Shown in pieces: positions 41,524 through 51,219 of a stretch of 64,000 nt of DNA (positions within the stretch are counted from its first letter, which is position 1; every line of letters starts with the position of its first letter). The stretch is taken from the NCBI GenBank assembly GCA_965222155.1, contig CBDCTH010000012.1:288001-352000 (forward strand), written 5' to 3'. The notes beneath the pieces were generated by a model. It was given only the letters and a program-made list of their open reading frames with translations, had not been told where the DNA came from and did not search any database. The translations under genes were made by a program, and so were the position numbers. The stretch comes from Gammaproteobacteria bacterium (GTDB lineage Bacteria; Pseudomonadota; Gammaproteobacteria; Eutrophobiales; Eutrophobiaceae).

Positions 41524-43099
41524 CATTGGCGCCCGCAGAGGGCTGTTTATAAGCACGCAGCAGGTAGCCGTATACCATTGGGAGGATAATGACAGCAGCC
41601 ATTCCTCAGTGTTTGACGCGGGTGAAAAAGGCCGGCAAAACTTTCGGCGCTATCTGGCTGAAACAGCGGATATCCCGTTCTATGTGCTGGTGGACGTATT
41701 TGATGAAGAGTATCGTCAGGACACTATTCCGCATGTATCCCGGCGCGACCGGCAGGCGCTGCTCAAACGCAAGGCCGGACGTCTTTTCAAAGACACTTCT
41801 TATTGTTTTTACAAGGTGACGGGTCGGGAAACCGGGGGGCGCCGAAATGACCGGGTACTGCTGAGCGCGCTTGCCAATCCGGCCGTCATCAAACAGTGGG
41901 TTGCCCTTTTGGGTGAAGCCAAAGTGCCCCTGGCAGGCATCTGTTCACTACCTCTTTTTACGGGACAGTTGCTGAAACCCATAGCCGGTCGGAGTGACGG
42001 ACGTCGGCTGCTGGTCAGCATGCAAAGTATCAGCGGATTACGTCAGACTTATTTTGACAATGGGGAATTTCAGTTCAGTCGTCTGGTGCAGCTGCCCCGC
42101 GGCGAAACTGCGTCATATTTTCCACTCATTCGTGATGAAGTGGAAAAAATTCAGCGTTATCTGAACAGCCAGCGACCGCTTACCTCTGAGGAGCCGTTGT
42201 ATGTCCACTTTATCCTGGCCGGCGCCCTGTTACAGGAGTTGAAGTCTGCATACGCTCATCAGGAATCCGTAAGCTGCCACTTTTGCGACCTGAACAAACT
42301 TCTGGCTGAATCCGGTTCGCGCAAGACGGCGTCAACCCCCTTCAGTGACCTGTATTTCATGCGGCAGTTGTTGAAGATCAGGCCCGGGAATTGTTACTCC
42401 GGCGCCGCGGAAAGGCGTTATTTTTCCCTGCGGCGGTTACGCGACTCGGTAATGGTCGCCGGTATTGTGCTGTTACTCGGCAGCGCTAGCTGGAGCGGGC
42501 TGAATTTACTGGGCGGCATAGCCTTTAAACGGCAAAGCGTTGCGGCAAACGAACAGACGCAAGTGTACGCCGCGAAATATGAACTGGCCAGAAAGCGCCT
42601 CCCGGACACACCGGTTGAACCGTTAGACTTGAAAACGGCAGTCCGGATTGCGGATAGTTTGGCGCTATTCAAATCATCCCCAATAGACATGGTGTCCGTG
42701 CTCAGCGCCAGCCTGGATCGGTTTCCTTCCATACAGGTAAGTAAGCTGGTATGGGCTGCCTCTGATAATCCGCGCACAGCCCTTGATAACCCTCCGGATC
42801 GTGCGGATATACGGGTCGCATTGGATGTTTCCGGCGCCGACGCAGATGCAACGGTTTACCACGTGGCCTTGCTTAAAGGACGTATCGAACCGTTTAACGG
42901 TAATTTCAGGGAAGCCATGGACGCGATCAATCGACTTGCCGACGATCTGCGCGCGCGGGAGGCGGTGCATGATGTCAATATCGTTTCTTTGCCCCTTGAT
43001 GTCAGTTCCGGCACGGATTTGCAGGGTAATACGCAATCTCTTCAACGCCGGGCAGAATTTACCCTCAGGATCGTTCTGGAAAGCAGCAATGGGACCTGA
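41495..43099 (+). CDS. Pilus alignment protein (PilM/PilN- or GspL-like fusion)
   Basis: Cytoplasmic domain (GLRQTYF...FSRL), one TM segment, periplasmic domain; operon position. Start uncertain. Confidence 0.6.
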   Translation: MISLPISGYNIGARRGLFISTQQVAVYHWEDNDSSHSSVFDAGEKGRQNFRRYLAETADIPFYVLVDVFDEEYRQDTIPHVSRRDRQALLKRKAGRLFKDTSYCFYKVTGRETGGRRNDRVLLSALANPAVIKQWVALLGEAKVPLAGICSLPLFTGQLLKPIAGRSDGRRLLVSMQSISGLRQTYFDNGEFQFSRLVQLPRGETASYFPLIRDEVEKIQRYLNSQRPLTSEEPLYVHFILAGALLQELKSAYAHQESVSCHFCDLNKLLAESGSRKTASTPFSDLYFMRQLLKIRPGNCYSGAAERRYFSLRRLRDSVMVAGIVLLLGSASWSGLNLLGGIAFKRQSVAANEQTQVYAAKYELARKRLPDTPVEPLDLKTAVRIADSLALFKSSPIDMVSVLSASLDRFPSIQVSKLVWAASDNPRTALDNPPDRADIRVALDVSGADADATVYHVALLKGRIEPFNGNFREAMDAINRLADDLRAREAVHDVNIVSLPLDVSSGTDLQGNTQSLQRRAEFTLRIVLESSNGT

Positions 43100-43709
43100 A
43101 AATATGGACTGGCCGTATTTGCGTGGCGCCGTGACGGTGTTTATCAGCGTCACTACACTCAGTGTCTCGTTGCTGGCGGCAAGCGCTTATTTTGAGAGTC
43201 AGATGGAACAGGAATACCGGCACAACAGTGAACAGCTGCGCGCGCTCAGCCGCCGTTACCTGGCGGTGGATGAGGAAGAGAATGTAATAAAAGATTATTT
43301 CCCCCGGTTTATGGACCTGTATAACACCGGCCTGTTGGGCAAGGAGCAAAGGTTGAACTGGATTGAAGTCCTGCAGGACGCGGGAGACAGACTTCAACTA
43401 CCATCCCTGAGCTATGAGATAAGAGCGCAGAAACACCATCTTCCAGAGTTTCCGACCCCTCCGGGCAGGTATGACATCTTTGTCAGTGAAATGACCCTGA
43501 CTATGCAATTGCTGCATGAAGGGGATTTATTTGCATTGCTGAACCTGTTGAATGAACGGGCCAAGGGCCTCTACACCGTTTCGGGTTGTGAATTAACGCG
43601 CAATTTTGTGGAACTGACGGATAACCCGGGAGCCGGCAACGTAACTGCAACCTGTCTGCTGAAATGGTTTTCCATCAGGCTGACGGATGACTCGGAGATT
43701 AAGGCATGA
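43089..43709 (+). CDS. PilO/GspM-like protein
   Basis: N-terminal TM, coiled coil, EQRLNWIE, LLHEGDL; operon position. Confidence 0.6.
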   Translation: MGPENMDWPYLRGAVTVFISVTTLSVSLLAASAYFESQMEQEYRHNSEQLRALSRRYLAVDEEENVIKDYFPRFMDLYNTGLLGKEQRLNWIEVLQDAGDRLQLPSLSYEIRAQKHHLPEFPTPPGRYDIFVSEMTLTMQLLHEGDLFALLNLLNERAKGLYTVSGCELTRNFVELTDNPGAGNVTATCLLKWFSIRLTDDSEIKA

Positions 43710-44230
43710 GCTTGATTAAATGGTGGCCGTCCGGAGTAACCGGAAGGTGGATAATTATTGCAACGTTTTCCATGTCCGGCTATTGCTGTTCGGCCGATGA
43801 ACAACAATTCGGACGATTGTTTACCACCCGGGAGGAGCGCCAACGGCTTCAGGAGGTCAGGGAGGAAAACATGCAGACCACAAGTGGCCGGGATAACAGC
43901 GGCGCCGGTACTCAGGGAAAGCTCGGGAAAGATAGAGCCAGGCAAGCACAGGCCGGAATATTCCGCGGGCCGGAAGAGAGCAATGGGGATTTACCGGTTA
44001 TTACCCTCAAAGGCGTGATTTATAAAAAGGACAGGGCACGAATGGCTTGGGTCAATGCAAAGGAAGGCACTGCGGCTCTGGATTACCGGGAACTGGAATC
44101 AGGGCAGATACTCGATAACGAGGTCAGCATCCGTGTGCCGATGATCGGTAAATCAGTGAAATTAAAACCCGGGCAGTCTTATCACCTGCATTCCGGCGCT
44201 GTCACAGACCTGAAGGATGAGGCTCCGTGA
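43706..44230 (+). CDS. Pilus-associated periplasmic protein (PilP/MshK-like)
   Basis: Signal peptide, GRLFTT.EER, AWVN, VKLKPGQ. Confidence 0.55.
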   Translation: MSLIKWWPSGVTGRWIIIATFSMSGYCCSADEQQFGRLFTTREERQRLQEVREENMQTTSGRDNSGAGTQGKLGKDRARQAQAGIFRGPEESNGDLPVITLKGVIYKKDRARMAWVNAKEGTAALDYRELESGQILDNEVSIRVPMIGKSVKLKPGQSYHLHSGAVTDLKDEAP

Positions 44231-47200
44231 AATATGCAGGTCCAAACACGGGTCCGGGCTTTCGATCATCGACAGGCGCGGTGTTGCTGGCTTTCATGCT
44301 GGCGCTGATCCTCAGTTCAAGCTGGCTGTTGCTGTCTGACTTGAACGGGCACACTCAAGTTTATGTTCGCCGTTCAGACAGCCGGCTCGCGTTGAACCGG
44401 GCAAAACAGGCCTTGTTGCACTACGCGATGAATTATCCCGACTTGCGCATCAACCCGGACAAAGGCCCGGGATTTTTACCCTGTCCCGACCGGAATAACG
44501 ACGGCCGGCCGGAAACGAATTGCGCGCTGAGTACCGGGACGACGTTGGGCCGATTGCCGTTTACCATACTGGGACTCGATGACCCGCGCGATAGCAGCAG
44601 TGAACGATTATGGTATGCCTTGTCGCCGGATTTCAAGAACAGCCAATCCAACCAGGCGGTTATCAACAGTGAAACGCCCGGACAACTCAGTGTTGATGGC
44701 GTGGATGACGTGGTAGCGGTTGTCATCGCTGCGGGCGCGCCTGTCTCCAATCAATATGCCCGCCCGAGCAATGATGCTGTCGATTACCTGGAAGGTGATA
44801 ATAGCAACATCAGTAATGGTGCATTTTCTACGACCGCCGGCAATGATCAGTTGGTAATCATCAACCGCGCGCAACTGATGTCGGTGCTGGAACGACGCGT
44901 GGTCAATGAAATGCGTGCAGTACTTGCGCGCTATAGAGCAGAGCATTCCGCGTACCCCTGGCTGACACCGTTTGCCGACCCCCATGCCGATAACCGGGTA
45001 TTACGCGGCGCCCATACCGGGGATGATGAGGCAAGCATACTCTCCGATACACGCAAAGATTTCAATGTGTGGGGAGTCAGACCCAACGACCTTGTCAGGA
45101 ATGTTACGGACGGCTCAGTTGCCGTTGTGAAAGTGGTAAATAAAAAAACGCTGGAAGTGGTCGGCCATGGAACGGGCAGGGAAAACGATTTTGATAAAGG
45201 GGACGTTTATTTTATCGAACTGCGCGGTCTTGCACACACCTTGTCAGGTATGGCCACTACCGGCAGCAGGGATTTCATCCTTAAGGATACCAGCCGCAAC
45301 TTCAAGAAGTTCGGCATTGTGCCCGGAGACGTGATAGAAAATCTGAGTGATGGTTCCAGTGGAACGATCAGCGCCGTGAGCAGGACGGAGTTAACGCTGG
45401 GCAGGCTCAGTGGCGGGTTAGAGAATGATTTCGACCTCGGCGACCTTTACCGCCTGCGCGCCAATACCGGCGTTGCCGGGCCGGGCAGCCTGGGCTTGAC
45501 TTTGATTGACCCCCGGGTGGACTTCATTGCCAGGGGGATTGTCAACGGTGATGTGGTGGAGAACCTGAGCGATCGTTCAGTTGGTCGCGTGGACAGCGTT
45601 GGCGGCCCGACGCTGCTGACCGTGTCCGGCCTGAATTTCGGCAGGAATAACCAATTCAGAGAAAATGACGTTTACCGGTTGCCTCGATACAATGCCGGGA
45701 ACCACATCAGGAAAGGCTTGTTGTCTGTCCATGAACCAGGCAAGCGTTTTCCCACCGGTTTTCAGGTGGAGTGGAGGGTTCCTTTCCTTGACCGTTACGT
45801 GATCACGGGGTTTACCCCGGATACGCAATCCGGGTATGCCGCGGCAGTTATTCAAGCGCTGCAATCTTCGACGCCCGCAGGAACCATCAACGCCAATCGC
45901 GAAAACGGGTATTGTGTCTGGCTCAATGCGCAGGTGGTCGAGTGTACGGGCGCCGGCGTTGCGATACCCCTCCTGGATGGGAGCGCGAGCCCCGGGTCAT
46001 CAGCCTCCGTCCTGGTGGACGCGGCGCAGGATTTCATCTCGGCCGGAATAAAACCGGGCGACCTGATCGAACAGCCGCACGCTGCGGTCGTTACCCGGGT
46101 CACTTCCTCAACGGCATTGAACCTCGGGCAGTTATCGCCCGCGCCCCTCGTCCTGGCTGATGGTGAATATTATCGCATCCGGGCAGCTACCCGGTCTTTG
46201 AATGGTACTGCCGGCGCTCCCGCTAGCGACCGGTTGCAGGACTTGAATCGGAACTTCAGTGCGGCGGGTGTACTGGCTGGCGATATCGTGGAAAACGCAA
46301 GCGACGGTTCCTTTGGCCTGGTTACCGGTGTCAGTGGTTCAAACATCAGCACAACACTGTATGGCGGAGGGGATAATTCCTTTCAGGCAGGTGATGAATA
46401 CAATGTGTACTACGCGTATGTAAACCGGCGCCGCTACCGCTTCAACCTGCGTTATCAGGGAGACCTGGGTATCCACTCAGCCGACGGCATCCGCCGGCGT
46501 GACGTGTGCCGGGGTTATGGCGTCGATTGTGCAGACAGCCCGGTTGCCGCCACCCTGCCGTATCACGAAAGCGGTATCAGTGGTACGGCCAGTTCCGCTA
46601 CAACCGGTCTCACCCTGGAAGATGTCAGCGCAGACTTTCTTCAACTCGACGTTGTCCCTGGTGATACGCTTTTTAATACGACCGACGGTTCGGCGGGGAT
46701 GGTTGTGGCGATCAGCCGCCATTTCCTGACAGCCGGGGCGCTTGAAGGCGGTCACGATAACGATTTTGATGCAGGTGACAGCTATCGGGTCAGCAGACCG
46801 CTGCTGATCATCGAAGATTTACGTGATGCAAGCGTCGTAGCCAGGACCGGGTTGACTGTGCTGCCCGGTGGCGCCCCCGGTTCCATTCGCACGAGCGGCA
46901 TAGATTATTTCTTATCCGAGTCGCCCGAAGGACTACCGGCCTGGTTCATAAAAAATAAATGGCACCACCTCCTGTACATTGCTTACAGCGCCGGGTCTAC
47001 CCCCGGTGGCGCCGGCCATTGCACGGCTGGGGTTGATTGTCTGGTTATACAAGGCCATGCCGAAGACACGGAAGCGTTGGTGGTCTCTGCCGGGATGACC
47101 CTGGCAGCACAGGATCGTTCGACCGGTTCCATTACCGATTATTATGAAGGAGAAAATGCAACATTGTCCGGCAACGATATTTTCAGCGGCGCTGGAATCA

Positions 47201-47241
47201 TTGCAAGCTTCAACGACCAGTTAGCCGTTGTCGAACCCTGA
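44227..47241 (+). CDS. Large minor pilin-like protein with six internal ~75-aa repeats
   Basis: G|AVLLAFML N-terminus lacking E5 (PilX/GspK-like), ALNRAKQALLHYA, LPCPD, GRLPF, WFIKNKW. Confidence 0.75.
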   Translation: MKYAGPNTGPGFRSSTGAVLLAFMLALILSSSWLLLSDLNGHTQVYVRRSDSRLALNRAKQALLHYAMNYPDLRINPDKGPGFLPCPDRNNDGRPETNCALSTGTTLGRLPFTILGLDDPRDSSSERLWYALSPDFKNSQSNQAVINSETPGQLSVDGVDDVVAVVIAAGAPVSNQYARPSNDAVDYLEGDNSNISNGAFSTTAGNDQLVIINRAQLMSVLERRVVNEMRAVLARYRAEHSAYPWLTPFADPHADNRVLRGAHTGDDEASILSDTRKDFNVWGVRPNDLVRNVTDGSVAVVKVVNKKTLEVVGHGTGRENDFDKGDVYFIELRGLAHTLSGMATTGSRDFILKDTSRNFKKFGIVPGDVIENLSDGSSGTISAVSRTELTLGRLSGGLENDFDLGDLYRLRANTGVAGPGSLGLTLIDPRVDFIARGIVNGDVVENLSDRSVGRVDSVGGPTLLTVSGLNFGRNNQFRENDVYRLPRYNAGNHIRKGLLSVHEPGKRFPTGFQVEWRVPFLDRYVITGFTPDTQSGYAAAVIQALQSSTPAGTINANRENGYCVWLNAQVVECTGAGVAIPLLDGSASPGSSASVLVDAAQDFISAGIKPGDLIEQPHAAVVTRVTSSTALNLGQLSPAPLVLADGEYYRIRAATRSLNGTAGAPASDRLQDLNRNFSAAGVLAGDIVENASDGSFGLVTGVSGSNISTTLYGGGDNSFQAGDEYNVYYAYVNRRRYRFNLRYQGDLGIHSADGIRRRDVCRGYGVDCADSPVAATLPYHESGISGTASSATTGLTLEDVSADFLQLDVVPGDTLFNTTDGSAGMVVAISRHFLTAGALEGGHDNDFDAGDSYRVSRPLLIIEDLRDASVVARTGLTVLPGGAPGSIRTSGIDYFLSESPEGLPAWFIKNKWHHLLYIAYSAGSTPGGAGHCTAGVDCLVIQGHAEDTEALVVSAGMTLAAQDRSTGSITDYYEGENATLSGNDIFSGAGIIASFNDQLAVVEP

Positions 47242-47269
47242 AATACATTGTTGCAGAGGGCCGCAAACT

Positions 47270-48016
47270 ATGATGAACAGGCAACCAGGATTCTCCCTGC
47301 TCGAGCTTGCGATTGGGTTGATGATCATCGCGCTGGTGCTGGGTGGGATGCTTAATCCCCTGGGTTCCCTGCTGGAAGCAAAACAGCGGGCCAGGGTGGA
47401 GATTGAACTGGAACGGACCAGGGAAGCGTTGGCAGGTTTCGCCATGATAAACGGCTATCTTCCCTGTCCGGCAACGACCACAGACCCGGACAGCGATAAT
47501 TATGGTCTTGAAGACGCCGCCTGTAACAGTGTTCCGACGGCGGAGGGATATATCCCCTGGCGAACCCTGAGCGTGCCGGAGGTTGATCCGTGGGGAGTCC
47601 CGAGAAGCGCGGATACCGACTCGTTTAATGGTTATTGGCGTTACCGTGTTGATCGTAATTTCAGCAATTCCGCAGAGTTGTTCACCATGAAGACGGTATT
47701 GGCCGATAACCTGAGCGTTGTAGACAGCCGGGGTAAGCTGTTGACTGCGCCCACGGAAACCCCGGTAGCGATTATCTTTTCCACCGGCGCAAACCTGACC
47801 CCGGATGGAGAAAACACCCCTTTTGAAGGCGCGCCCTGTGGCAACGCCAGTGGTTATGATATGGGAAGCGGAACATCCTGCCCCGACGGCGAGCCCTTGT
47901 ACCAGGGCGGCGCTGTGTCCGGAACCGGCACTGGCGCCGTTTTTGATGACGTGCTGGTGTGGATGGCACGGCCGCGCCTGTTCAACAGGATGGTTACGGC
48001 AGGCCGGTTACCGTGA
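47270..48016 (+). CDS. Minor pilin/pseudopilin
   Basis: QPG|FSLLEL prepilin motif, GYLPCPA, DPWG. Confidence 0.9.
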   Translation: MMNRQPGFSLLELAIGLMIIALVLGGMLNPLGSLLEAKQRARVEIELERTREALAGFAMINGYLPCPATTTDPDSDNYGLEDAACNSVPTAEGYIPWRTLSVPEVDPWGVPRSADTDSFNGYWRYRVDRNFSNSAELFTMKTVLADNLSVVDSRGKLLTAPTETPVAIIFSTGANLTPDGENTPFEGAPCGNASGYDMGSGTSCPDGEPLYQGGAVSGTGTGAVFDDVLVWMARPRLFNRMVTAGRLP

Positions 48017-48067
48017 AACCTTCCACCGGCAAACAGCGGGAGCTTCTCCGATAAGGAGTACATAGTG

Positions 48068-48829
48068 ATGTACATGTCCACAATAGCCCGTTTTACTTTG
48101 CTTGAAGCCGCACGCCGTCATTTATTTATTATGATGATTGCAGTTGTGTTCGGTCTGGTCGGACTTGCGGAATTCATTGGTGAATTAAGCATCACGGAAA
48201 CCAGGCAGGTCCAGGCGGTTGTTACGGCCTCTTTACTGCGTGTCTTCTCGGTTTGCGTTATCTGCCTGTTTGTCATAAGCAGTGTATTGAGAGAACTGAA
48301 TGACAAAGGTCTGGAAATCATTTTGTCCCTGCCCATACCCAGGTACGCGTACCTGTTTGGTAAATTATTCGGATTTGCCGGCCTGTCATTATCCATTTGC
48401 GTCATGGCCGGTTTGCCGTTGTTGCTGTATGCGCCTGCCGTCCGGGCCGGCTTCTGGCTTCTTTCCCTGTTCTGTGAACACCTGTTGATAATCTCCCTCA
48501 GTCTCGTCTGCCTGCTGACGTTTTCCAATATCACTATATCGTTCATTTCAGTGATGGCGTTTTACCTGTTGTCACGCAGCATGGAGGCGATTTGTCTGTT
48601 AAGCGCCGACCCGATTTTGGCGACCGGCGCCGTTTCGCAGGACTTTGTACATTTCCTGGTGAATGTATTTGCATTGGTGCTGCCCGACCTGAATGCGTTT
48701 GCCCGAAGCGACTGGCTGGTCTATGGAGTCGATTTCGCAGATTTGCGGGCAGTGTTGATGCAAACCCTGCTGTACCTTACCGTCTTATCGTCAGCCGGCC
48801 TGTTCGACTTGTATCGAAAGAATTTGTAA
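48068..48829 (+). CDS. ABC transporter permease (PilI-like)
   Basis: IARFTLLEAARR, LSLPIPRYAYLFGK, about six TM segments. Confidence 0.85.
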   Translation: MYMSTIARFTLLEAARRHLFIMMIAVVFGLVGLAEFIGELSITETRQVQAVVTASLLRVFSVCVICLFVISSVLRELNDKGLEIILSLPIPRYAYLFGKLFGFAGLSLSICVMAGLPLLLYAPAVRAGFWLLSLFCEHLLIISLSLVCLLTFSNITISFISVMAFYLLSRSMEAICLLSADPILATGAVSQDFVHFLVNVFALVLPDLNAFARSDWLVYGVDFADLRAVLMQTLLYLTVLSSAGLFDLYRKNL

Positions 48830-48838
48830 TCGGACGCC

Positions 48839-49591
48839 ATGAACCTGTCAGGAAGACTAACGGGAAGGGACGACAGCACGAGGCCGCTGTCAACGGTCCC
48901 GCTTGCCGTTCGGGCAGTATTGATTACGAGTTTATTGCTCCAGGTATCCTGGAGCTATACCCGGTCGCAGGATGTTGCGACGACATACGCCCTGCCGGAC
49001 GCGCCGGATACCAGGCTGCTGCGCTTATCCGCCATGGGAGACCAGGTAACGCTGGCAAAGGTCCTGATGCTGCGGCTACAGGCTTTCGATAATCAGCCGG
49101 GCATCAGCATCCCGTTCGCCGAACTGGATTACGCCAGGGTCATAAACTGGCTGGACGCGCTGCTCGGCCTCGACAACCGGTTTCAATATCCGCTGTTATC
49201 CGCCAGCCGCGTGTACACGGAAACGCCGGATAACGGCAGGAAGAGACAAATGCTTGAGTTTGTCCACCGGCGCTTTCTTGAAGACCCCGACCGGCGCTGG
49301 CCCTGGATGGCCCACGCGGTATATGTTGCCAAACACCGCATCAAGGACCTGCAACTGGCTTTGAAGTATGCCGAGGCCCTGCGTCTGAACGTGAGTAATG
49401 ACGCGGCGCCCCCCTGGGTAACGCAAATGGAGATATACGTACTGGAAGACCTGGGAGAACTTGAGAGCGCCCGGATAATTATCGGCGGCCTGCTGGAGAG
49501 CGGAAAACTGGCAGGCAATGACAATGAACTGCGATTTCTGAAAAACAAGCTGGCGCAACTGCAATTGAAAAAGCGGGGAAGCAGCCCATAA
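48839..49591 (+). CDS. Pilus/ABC-associated hypothetical membrane-anchored helical protein
   Basis: One TM segment, LQAFDNQPG, LDNRFQYP, RWPWM; operon position. Confidence 0.7.
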   Translation: MNLSGRLTGRDDSTRPLSTVPLAVRAVLITSLLLQVSWSYTRSQDVATTYALPDAPDTRLLRLSAMGDQVTLAKVLMLRLQAFDNQPGISIPFAELDYARVINWLDALLGLDNRFQYPLLSASRVYTETPDNGRKRQMLEFVHRRFLEDPDRRWPWMAHAVYVAKHRIKDLQLALKYAEALRLNVSNDAAPPWVTQMEIYVLEDLGELESARIIIGGLLESGKLAGNDNELRFLKNKLAQLQLKKRGSSP

Positions 49592-49657
49592 CCTGCAATA
49601 TTGAGTCGTCCAATAATACATTGATATTTGTATCGCATACGTTACAATATTTCTAAC

Positions 49658-49981
49658 ATGGAAGTTGTCCATTACACGGATCAAGACGGAAAGGACCTTA
49701 TTGACTGGTGGTTCCATACTCTGCGGGATCAAAGGGCTGTTGCCAGAATAGCTGCCAGGATTGAGCGCCTGGAACTTGGTTTGCTTGGCGACTGCAAATA
49801 TCTCAGAGAAGGTGTAAGCGAATTGCGGATAGACTATGGTCCCGGCTATAGGATTTATTTTTTGCGGATTAGCATTTCCGGCATATTGCTTCTCAATGGA
49901 GGTAGGAAATCCACCCAGAAAACAGATATCAAAATGGCAAGGGAAAGATTGAAAAAATGGTTGGGCCGACAACCTGGTTGA
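49658..49981 (+). CDS. RelE/HigB-like addiction-module toxin
   Basis: GLLGDCK...GVSELRIDYGPGYRIYF...GGRKSTQKTDI. Confidence 0.9.
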   Translation: MEVVHYTDQDGKDLIDWWFHTLRDQRAVARIAARIERLELGLLGDCKYLREGVSELRIDYGPGYRIYFLRISISGILLLNGGRKSTQKTDIKMARERLKKWLGRQPG

Positions 49982-49985
49982 TTAC

Positions 49986-50279
49986 ATGAATATGAAAACC
50001 GTAAAACATAACGAGTGGTTGTACAAGAAGCTGACAGACCCCGATTTTGCCGCACAATACCTGACTGCGGCTGCAGAAGACAAAGAACCGGCTGTTTTTT
50101 TGCAGGCCCTTCGTAAAATCGCAGAAACACAGGGGATGTCACAGGTTGCGGACAGAGTGGGGATCCCCAGGGAAAGCCTCTACCGCGCTCTTTCCGAAAA
50201 AGGAAATCCGCGCTGGTCAACATTGGCCCCAATTGTACGCGCCTTAGGCATGAAACTCGAAGCCAATCCGAATTTATAG
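49986..50279 (+). CDS. HTH addiction-module antitoxin
   Basis: GMSQVA...RESLYRALSEKGNPRWST. Confidence 0.9.
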   Translation: MNMKTVKHNEWLYKKLTDPDFAAQYLTAAAEDKEPAVFLQALRKIAETQGMSQVADRVGIPRESLYRALSEKGNPRWSTLAPIVRALGMKLEANPNL

Positions 50280-50382
50280 AGACTTTTCTTTTTTATTTTG
50301 TTTATTTCGTTGTGTTAATGGTTGTACCGAGGTTGGGAGCAGAGCTCCCATAAATTAATGGAAATTCATGGAGGATAACTTT

Positions 50383-51183
50383 ATGGAAACACGTAAACAG
50401 TCAGGTTTTACCCTGGTGGAAATCGCTATCGTCCTGGTCCTGATCGGACTCCTGCTGGGCGGCATCCTGAAAGGTCAGCAATTGATCAGCAGCGCCAGGG
50501 TGCGCAATATGGCTGACCAGAATTCCGGCATCCAGGCCGCGTATTACGGATTTATTGACCGCTTCCGGCAAGTTCCGGGCGATATGCCTGCAGCGCTGGC
50601 CTGTAGGGCCATCACGGCTGAAGTGGATGCCAACTGTGGCGGAACTCCTACCATAGGCGGCAACCAGAATGGGCGGATTGACCAGTGGGAGGAAGCCGGT
50701 GCAGCCTGGGCGCACCTGGCTCATTCCCGCCTCCTCAATGGGAGTTACAACGGGAATACCACCACGGCTGCACAGTATGAGTCCGGTGTATTGACGGGGC
50801 AAGTGCCGGGCAATGCCTTTCAGCAACCCGTCCTGCTGGGGTTTACCGATGATTATGACGACGGCGGCGCCATGGCCGGGTCAACCGTGCGTTTGGCTTA
50901 CGTGTTCGGGGCTGGCGTTACCCCGACCCTGTTGCGCGAGTTGGACGTAAAACTGGATGACGGCGACCCGGGCAGCGGGGTAGTACGCGGTACGGTGAAT
51001 ACGGCAAAAACCGGCGAGAGTATAGTGGGGGGCGATGATTTCGGTGCAGGGACGCCGGGGAGTGAAGTCATACTCTGGTCATCCGCGACCGGCGCCCCCT
51101 GCATCAATAATGCGGATGCGACGGGTTCTTACTGGAATGTGGACAGTGACAACACCCGCTGTAATGCGCTGTTCCTGTACTGA
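50383..51183 (+). CDS. Type IV pilin (candidate major pilin)
   Basis: KQSG|FTLVEIAIVL, PGD, LDVKLDDG, C-terminal Cys pair; GGAGGA RBS. Confidence 0.9.
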   Translation: METRKQSGFTLVEIAIVLVLIGLLLGGILKGQQLISSARVRNMADQNSGIQAAYYGFIDRFRQVPGDMPAALACRAITAEVDANCGGTPTIGGNQNGRIDQWEEAGAAWAHLAHSRLLNGSYNGNTTTAAQYESGVLTGQVPGNAFQQPVLLGFTDDYDDGGAMAGSTVRLAYVFGAGVTPTLLRELDVKLDDGDPGSGVVRGTVNTAKTGESIVGGDDFGAGTPGSEVILWSSATGAPCINNADATGSYWNVDSDNTRCNALFLY

Positions 51184-51219
51184 CCCGGTCATCAGCCGAC
51201 GCAAGGAGCGGATCAAGCC

